Below are positions 19,940 to 25,333 of a stretch of 25,333 nt of DNA, piece by piece. The notes below the pieces were generated by a model, which was given only the letters and a program-made list of their open reading frames with translations, had not been told where the DNA came from and searched no databases. Location of the stretch: positions 159,574 through 184,906 of the forward strand of contig BLSG01000302.1 of assembly GCA_012862495.1 (NCBI GenBank), written 5' to 3'. The stretch comes from Thraustochytrium aureum (lineage: Eukaryota). A program made the position numbers and the translations under genes. How positions within the stretch are numbered: the first letter of the stretch is position 1; each line of letters opens with the position of its first letter.

Positions 19940-22822
19940 TCACCAAGCATGCCGGGCGCTCGGCGCGCCGGCGAAGGCTGGGTTTGCGCTCTCCACGTCG
20001 CTTTTCCCGAATTCTGTCGAAACGAAACTCGCAGGCGACGCGACCCCGGATTTAGGCGTGCCACTCCGCGAATTGCGGCGCCGGTGAACGAGGACGAAGA
20101 GCGCGGCACAAGCGAAGCCTGCACCAGCCATTGCGCCAGCGACCGCCGCGGCTGACGGAGCGGAAGAATCGGGAGTCTTGTTCGAGTCAGCCCCAGGCGC
20201 ACGATCGAGTCCGGTTTGGTCGAGATCGTCGAGGAACGGACCAAACACGACCGAGTCCTGGTTGCGCTCAAAGACGTTGACACGACCGCACTGGCCAAAG
20301 TGGTTGCCCGACTTGTACGGCGTGGCAAGTTGGTTGCGGTCCGTCTCCCACCCGCTGCCACCGGTGAGGTAGGACTTGAATTCGAACCACTTGCCCTCGA
20401 AGAGCTTGGAGCAGTCCATCTCGACGTCGAGCATCCAGTACCCCTCGCCGTACGTGTTGAGCGGGTGATACCCGTAGCCGTCGACTTGTACCGTCCTCGC
20501 GTAGGTGGCATCGTTTGTCGTCCAGTCCAGCCCAGTACCCTTGGCCCCAGTTCCGCCTTGCCCAGGCTCAGCGAACGACCAATCAAGGTAGTTGTCGCCC
20601 TCCTTCCAGGCTGCGGTAGTCGGATTTTTCAGGTTGAGGTGCACGAGAGGGATGGCACAGTCGTTGGTTGCCAAGTCCTCGTTCTGGCACGACAAACCAG
20701 CCGTCGCGGCCCACGCATAGTCGACGCCACCGAGCACAAAGAGGTCCTCGCCCCAACGCGTCGAGGCCTTGATGAAAAGCACCGTGTGCTGAAAGATAGC
20801 GTCGCGCGTCGGCCTTGCGGTGGGGTGCGCACTTGGTTCGCTCGCGGGCTCCGCCGTGGGAAGTGGGGCTGGCGTGGGAACGGGCGCGGGCGTGGGCTTG
20901 CGGCTCTCAGTGGGACGAGGCGATGGCTGCGGCGTAGGCCGAGCTTGCGGTGGCGCGGGAAGGATAGGGCCAAGTCCGAGCCAATTGCGCATCGCGTTAA
21001 CGATTGCCAAGTCGCGGTGCACGCGCGTGTACTTGCCCCCGGTGAACCCTTCGACCGTGTAGCCCGCGGCGCCGGGGCGGTGAGCCTTTTCAAAGGGGAC
21101 GCTCTTCTTGCAAGCCTCTCCATTGGCCACGCCGCTTGGAGGCACGTACGCGGAGCAGTCGCTTTGGCCGTCTGGGAACCCGTTGGCGCCGTTCTCCATA
21201 AAAGTATACGAGCTCAACACGAGGCGGATTTTCCAGTCCTGGTCTCGGCGGTTGAAGAGCTGGACCTCAAAGTTGCGGTGTCTGTCGACGTCTTTGTCCT
21301 TGATGAGCACCGAGCCAAAGCCTTGCATGTCACGCGAGCTAGACCCTTCGTTTTGCTGGTCATGGTCGTCGTTCTGGATGGCAAAGCGAGACGCCGGGAG
21401 GATCCAGCGGCCGCATATGGGCATTTCTTTCGGGTAGTCGGAGCTCCAAATCTTGAGCTTGTTGAGGTCCGCGTTGGAGATGCCCGCCTGGAGCAGCTTG
21501 TCGTCCAAGTAGGTGTAATAGTTGTACGGGCCGTCAAAGCAGGCGAGCATGTTGCCCTCGCCGCCCATGATGACCTCGGACCAAGACACAAAGTCGCTCG
21601 GCAGCGAGCCGCCCATGTACTGGTTGAAGAGGCCAAAGATGGCGGCGAGGTCGTCCGGCCGGATGTGCTTTGCCGCGTCGATGCGAAAGCCGCTGAACCC
21701 GACCCCCAACAGATCGACCCAATACTGGGCGATGCGTTCGCGCACAGATTGCTTGGCTGTGTTGAGGTCTACGAGCCCGACCAACCAGCCGTTGTTGAGC
21801 GAGGTCGGGTCGCTCCAAGAGCTCAGGACGCGCTCGCAATGAAAGTCGGTGGGCCCGAATGGGACTGCTGGGAACTCGAGGGCCGGGCGCTGGCCCGTGA
21901 AGGGGTTGCTGGCAAACTGGTACCCTGGCGTGAAGAATGGTGAGCCGCCAGTGCCGTTCTTGGCGCCCCACTTTGCGCAGAAGCTTCCGCTTCCTTGGCG
22001 GTGCTCTGGGTTGATGTCGTTGCCGTTGCCAGACATGTGGTTTACAACCGCATCAGCAAACACGCGAACGCCGTTGGCGCGGCAGGTTTGGATCATTGAC
22101 CGCAGCTCAGAGCGAGATCCCATGCGCGAGTGCAGCCGGTAGCTTACCGGTTGGTACATGAAGTACCACGGGTTGAGTGCGTCATTTTGAGGCCAGCTGT
22201 TGGAGATTACGGACTCCTGCGGCGGGAATACACGGACGCCCATATACCCTGCTCGGCCAAGGAATTCGGCGCACTCTTGCTCAATGTCTTTCCAAGGCCA
22301 CCCAAACAGCTCGACCACGCCGCCACGCTGCCCACCCTCCATGCTCGCGGGCTGATTGACGGGGTTGGACTGCCAAACAAAGTTGATCGGGTCGAGGGTG
22401 AGCTGATGTGAGCCAGCGCTCGAGGTGGAGCGAATGACAATTACCAGATCGATGGCCAGACTCGAGTCGACTCGGAACGTACTCGAGCTCTGCGCCACGT
22501 CGTTGAACAAGTAGCTTAATGTCGCGCCCTGCGCTTTGGTCTGAGCGCGCACGTTGACGGTGGCCGAGGTCCGCGTTTCGTCGTAAGTGACGTGGGCGTA
22601 CCCAACGAGCGAACTGTAATCTTGGAATGTCTCGGACCACAGGGCGTCGCCACGCGGCGGTGTTTGCCAGCGGCGAGCCTCGTCCTCGCTGCCGAATTCC
22701 GTCTGAGACCCGGCGCACGAGTCCATGCCATTGAAGTTGGAGCAGTCTTGAGCGAGTGCCGTCATGGCCAATGCCGCGGCGGCAAAGAGTGCCAGGAAAA
22801 CGGTTCGAGATCGAGGCTTCAT
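19940..22822 (-). CDS. type-I membrane GH13 alpha-amylase: signal peptide, N-terminal extension, catalytic domain, Pro/Thr linker, AHA-propeptide-like domain, TM helix, cytosolic tail
   Basis: signal peptide MKPRSRTVFLALFAAAALAMTALA; VELFGWPW.DI..EC, YQPVSY, DAVVNH, GFRIDAAKH (nucleophile), WSEVI (acid/base), QNDDHD; TM AAAVAGAMAGAGFACAALFVLV followed by HRRR. Confidence 0.95.
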   Translation of the reverse strand: MKPRSRTVFLALFAAAALAMTALAQDCSNFNGMDSCAGSQTEFGSEDEARRWQTPPRGDALWSETFQDYSSLVGYAHVTYDETRTSATVNVRAQTKAQGATLSYLFNDVAQSSSTFRVDSSLAIDLVIVIRSTSSAGSHQLTLDPINFVWQSNPVNQPASMEGGQRGGVVELFGWPWKDIEQECAEFLGRAGYMGVRVFPPQESVISNSWPQNDALNPWYFMYQPVSYRLHSRMGSRSELRSMIQTCRANGVRVFADAVVNHMSGNGNDINPEHRQGSGSFCAKWGAKNGTGGSPFFTPGYQFASNPFTGQRPALEFPAVPFGPTDFHCERVLSSWSDPTSLNNGWLVGLVDLNTAKQSVRERIAQYWVDLLGVGFSGFRIDAAKHIRPDDLAAIFGLFNQYMGGSLPSDFVSWSEVIMGGEGNMLACFDGPYNYYTYLDDKLLQAGISNADLNKLKIWSSDYPKEMPICGRWILPASRFAIQNDDHDQQNEGSSSRDMQGFGSVLIKDKDVDRHRNFEVQLFNRRDQDWKIRLVLSSYTFMENGANGFPDGQSDCSAYVPPSGVANGEACKKSVPFEKAHRPGAAGYTVEGFTGGKYTRVHRDLAIVNAMRNWLGLGPILPAPPQARPTPQPSPRPTESRKPTPAPVPTPAPLPTAEPASEPSAHPTARPTRDAIFQHTVLFIKASTRWGEDLFVLGGVDYAWAATAGLSCQNEDLATNDCAIPLVHLNLKNPTTAAWKEGDNYLDWSFAEPGQGGTGAKGTGLDWTTNDATYARTVQVDGYGYHPLNTYGEGYWMLDVEMDCSKLFEGKWFEFKSYLTGGSGWETDRNQLATPYKSGNHFGQCGRVNVFERNQDSVVFGPFLDDLDQTGLDRAPGADSNKTPDSSAPSAAAVAGAMAGAGFACAALFVLVHRRRNSRSGTPKSGVASPASFVSTEFGKSDVESANPAFAGAPSARHAW

Positions 22823-23043
22823 TGCGGGCGACCAGGCGTGTTCCTTTCGTTGGACGATGCGCGCCTTGCTCTAGCTTGAGGTTTCTTCTCGTTTGTTTGC
22901 TGCGCTGCCGCGTTTGGGGTCTGTTCGAGCACGGGTTTCTTCGCGGCAGCCCATTCGTGCCCGGGTTCTATACCTACCGGTATGCACTCACGTTCTTTTC
23001 TTGGAGGAAAGACATGGTGAGAATTGAACTGCTCAGAAAGGCG

Positions 23044-23372
23044 TCCCACGGCTTGGTTGCTCCAAGAAAACTCGCCTCGACGGCCAAAGGCACGGGTTGG
23101 CGGATCGGCGAGAGGACAAAAGCTGCGCTACGTAGCAAGCGATCCACGTGCGCGTCCAGCGCGCAAACGGCTGGCCATTGTCGACCCGAGGAGGATCCTC
23201 GCCGCGCTCCCACGTGGTTCCCACGGCTTGGTTGCCCAAAGAATACCCGCCTCGGCGGCCAAAACGGGTTGGCGGATCGGCGAGAGGACAAAAGCTGCGC
23301 TACGTAGCAACCGATCCACGTGCGCGTCCAGCGCGCAAACGGCTGGCCATTGTCGACCCGAGGAGGATCCTC
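23044..23372 (+). repeat. tandem direct duplication of ~155 bp (23044-23200 and 23219-23372)
   Basis: both copies run from tcccacggcttggttgc to tcgacccgaggaggatcctc; the 3' ~110 bp are nearly identical, the 5' part has substitutions and a 3-bp indel. Confidence 0.95.
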
Positions 23373-24025
23373 CCCGGGCTTTTGCGTTTAGGGTCGCGCC
23401 TTCGCAAAGCAACATCTGTCCAAAGTTCCCGGCCTCGTGCGATCCTGGCCTTTTTCGCAGCAATGGCCGCCGGCCGGCTTTTTGTGATTTGTCTACTTAC
23501 TTACTCCACCCATTCACCCCAAGCGGAGGCACCCCACTGGCCTGCTCGATCGATCCCAAGATGATCCTGCCTGCCTGCGCACAGCTGTTTTGGAAAGCGG
23601 CAGCTCTCGTTCGTCGCACATACGAACAGTGGACGGAAAGATACTGTTTCGGTTTCCCAGCGAGACAACCACAGCGACGGCACACCGGGAGAGAATGGAC
23701 GTCAGCGCTGGATCGCAGTGCGTAGTGCAGCGTGTGGATGAGAAAGTGCGAAGCACTGAGCGACGTCGTGGGTCAAGCGACGCCGACACTGCGTGGCGCG
23801 CTGCGTGCGTCACACCGCAGAAACAGAACCAGTTCTTTCCATTCTTTCCCTTTCTTGATTGATCAAGAAATTCAATACATTGATCTTGACCAACGTGATG
23901 ATGATGAAAAAGTGACAGCGCACGTGGCGCGTGGGTGGACAGCACCCTGGCATGCAGCAAGCGGGCGTCTCGAGACCCCCCTGGGCACGGGACACAACGG
24001 ACCCCAGCCCGACCGCAGGGAGGCT

Positions 24026-24085
24026 GGCCATAGGCAGGCAGGCCATAGGCAGGCAGGCCATAGGCAGGCAGGCAGGCAGGCAGGC
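24026..24085 (+). repeat. (GGCCATAGGCAGGCA)3 followed by (GGCA)n
   Basis: 15-nt unit three times, then GGCA run. Confidence 0.9.
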
Positions 24086-24196
24086 GCCCTCGAGGTATGC
24101 CAAAGGCTAGCCTAACCCAAGGTTGCCAATCGCTTGAGCCCCGGAATGCGAGCCACGAGCGAAGAGGTCTTCCGTGACACCCTGGCCGACAAGTAC

Positions 24197-24838
24197 NNNN
24201 NNNNNNNNNNNNNNNNNNNNNNNNNNNNNNNNNNNNNNNNNNNNNNNNNNNNNNNNNNNNNNNNNNNNNNNNNNNNNNNNNNNNNNNNNNNNNNNNNNNN
24301 NNNNNNNNNNNNNNNNNNNNNNNNNNNNNNNNNNNNNNNNNNNNNNNNNNNNNNNNNNNNNNNNNNNNNNNNNNNNNNNNNNNNNNNNNNNNNNNNNNNN
24401 NNNNNNNNNNNNNNNNNNNNNNNNNNNNNNNNNNNNNNNNNNNNNNNNNNNNNNNNNNNNNNNNNNNNNNNNNNNNNNNNNNNNNNNNNNNNNNNNNNNN
24501 NNNNNNNNNNNNNNNNNNNNNNNNNNNNNNNNNNNNNNNNNNNNNNNNNNNNNNNNNNNNNNNNNNNNNNNNNNNNNNNNNNNNNNNNNNNNNNNNNNNN
24601 NNNNNNNNNNNNNNNNNNNNNNNNNNNNNNNNNNNNNNNNNNNNNNNNNNNNNNNNNNNNNNNNNNNNNNNNNNNNNNNNNNNNNNNNNNNNNNNNNNNN
24701 NNNNNNNNNNNNNNNNNNNNNNNNNNNNNNNNNNNNNNNNNNNNNNNNNNNNNNNNNNNNNNNNNNNNNNNNNNNNNNNNNNNNNNNNNNNNNNNNNNNN
24801 NNNNNNNNNNNNNNNNNNNNNNNNNNNNNNNNNNNNNN
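24197..24838. other. assembly gap
   Basis: run of N. Confidence 1.
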
Positions 24839-24839
24839 C

Positions 24840-25306
24840 CGCCTTTTGCTCGCCTCCCAAGGACCTTCTCGGACAAAGCCATGAATACCCTCAAGGAGCT
24901 GGACGAAAACCAGTACTGTCTGCCAGTCATGGCGAACTTTGAAACGCTCGACGCCTTCGCAGGGGTCCGGAACCCGTTTTGTTCCCCTGAGAACAGCAAC
25001 CTTTGTCTGGTGGGGTTCCAAATGACGATCAACCAAGCCGGTCACCCGCTCAAGCGCGCAGGTGGCGAGCGCATCGTGACAAAGTTCGAAGCTCTGTTCG
25101 GTTCCGCGTTGCCCCTGGGCGGCCTCGATTTGCAAAACATGTTTGTCGTGTTCGTGTCGACGAGTGCTGTGGCAGCTTTACCGAAGTGGAACGGCAAGCA
25201 ACGGTGGACGGGACGCTGCGCTCGAGGACTGGAATTGGACTGCGTGCGCCAGTTCCTCCTCGTGTTGCCTGACGCGCCCACAAAGGAGAGAATGTTGACC
25301 GAGTAG
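24840..25306 (+). CDS. C-terminal restriction-endonuclease-like domain of a Crinkler (CRN)/RHS-type protein; 5' part in or before the gap (may include 24147-24196)
   Basis: YCLPVMANFETLDAF...LVGFQMTINQAGHPLK..G...MFVVFV...Q...VRQFLL matches the CR-REase pattern YxxPxxxNFxxxD...FQxT...HP.K...FV...QYVL. Confidence 0.7.
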
Positions 25307-25333
25307 GTTTAGGGCAGCCGGATGGCTACTAGA

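Noticed and set aside
20216..21943. 575-aa ORF antisense to the amylase, and similar antisense ORFs over other genes
   Set aside because: Shadow ORFs caused by GC-rich codon usage; no recognisable motifs

Overview
GC-rich eukaryotic genomic scaffold with spliceosomal GT-AG introns and six N gaps. The compact, intron-poor genes, PT-repeat surface protein and Crinkler-like ORF suggest a stramenopile protist such as a labyrinthulomycete, but the taxon is inferred only. Ten coding loci, in order: PX-domain multi-TM protein (-), TFIIS-N domain protein (+), PP2C phosphatase ending in a CaaX box (-), ERCC6L2/RAD26L-type SNF2 helicase (+), PT-repeat membrane protein (+), TRAPP-II TRIPP/Trs65-like subunit (+), FHA-kinase of Chk2 type (-), C2/MCTP-like membrane protein (-), membrane-anchored GH13 alpha-amylase (-), and the C-terminal part of a Crinkler/RHS-type REase protein (+). 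The amylase carries a domain resembling the Pseudoalteromonas amylase C-terminal propeptide. The most notable items are unusual domain architectures, recurring intergenic motifs and a ~155-bp duplication upstream of the amylase. No RNA genes, CRISPR arrays or complete transposons are recognisable. All family assignments come from motif recognition by eye; no searches were run.
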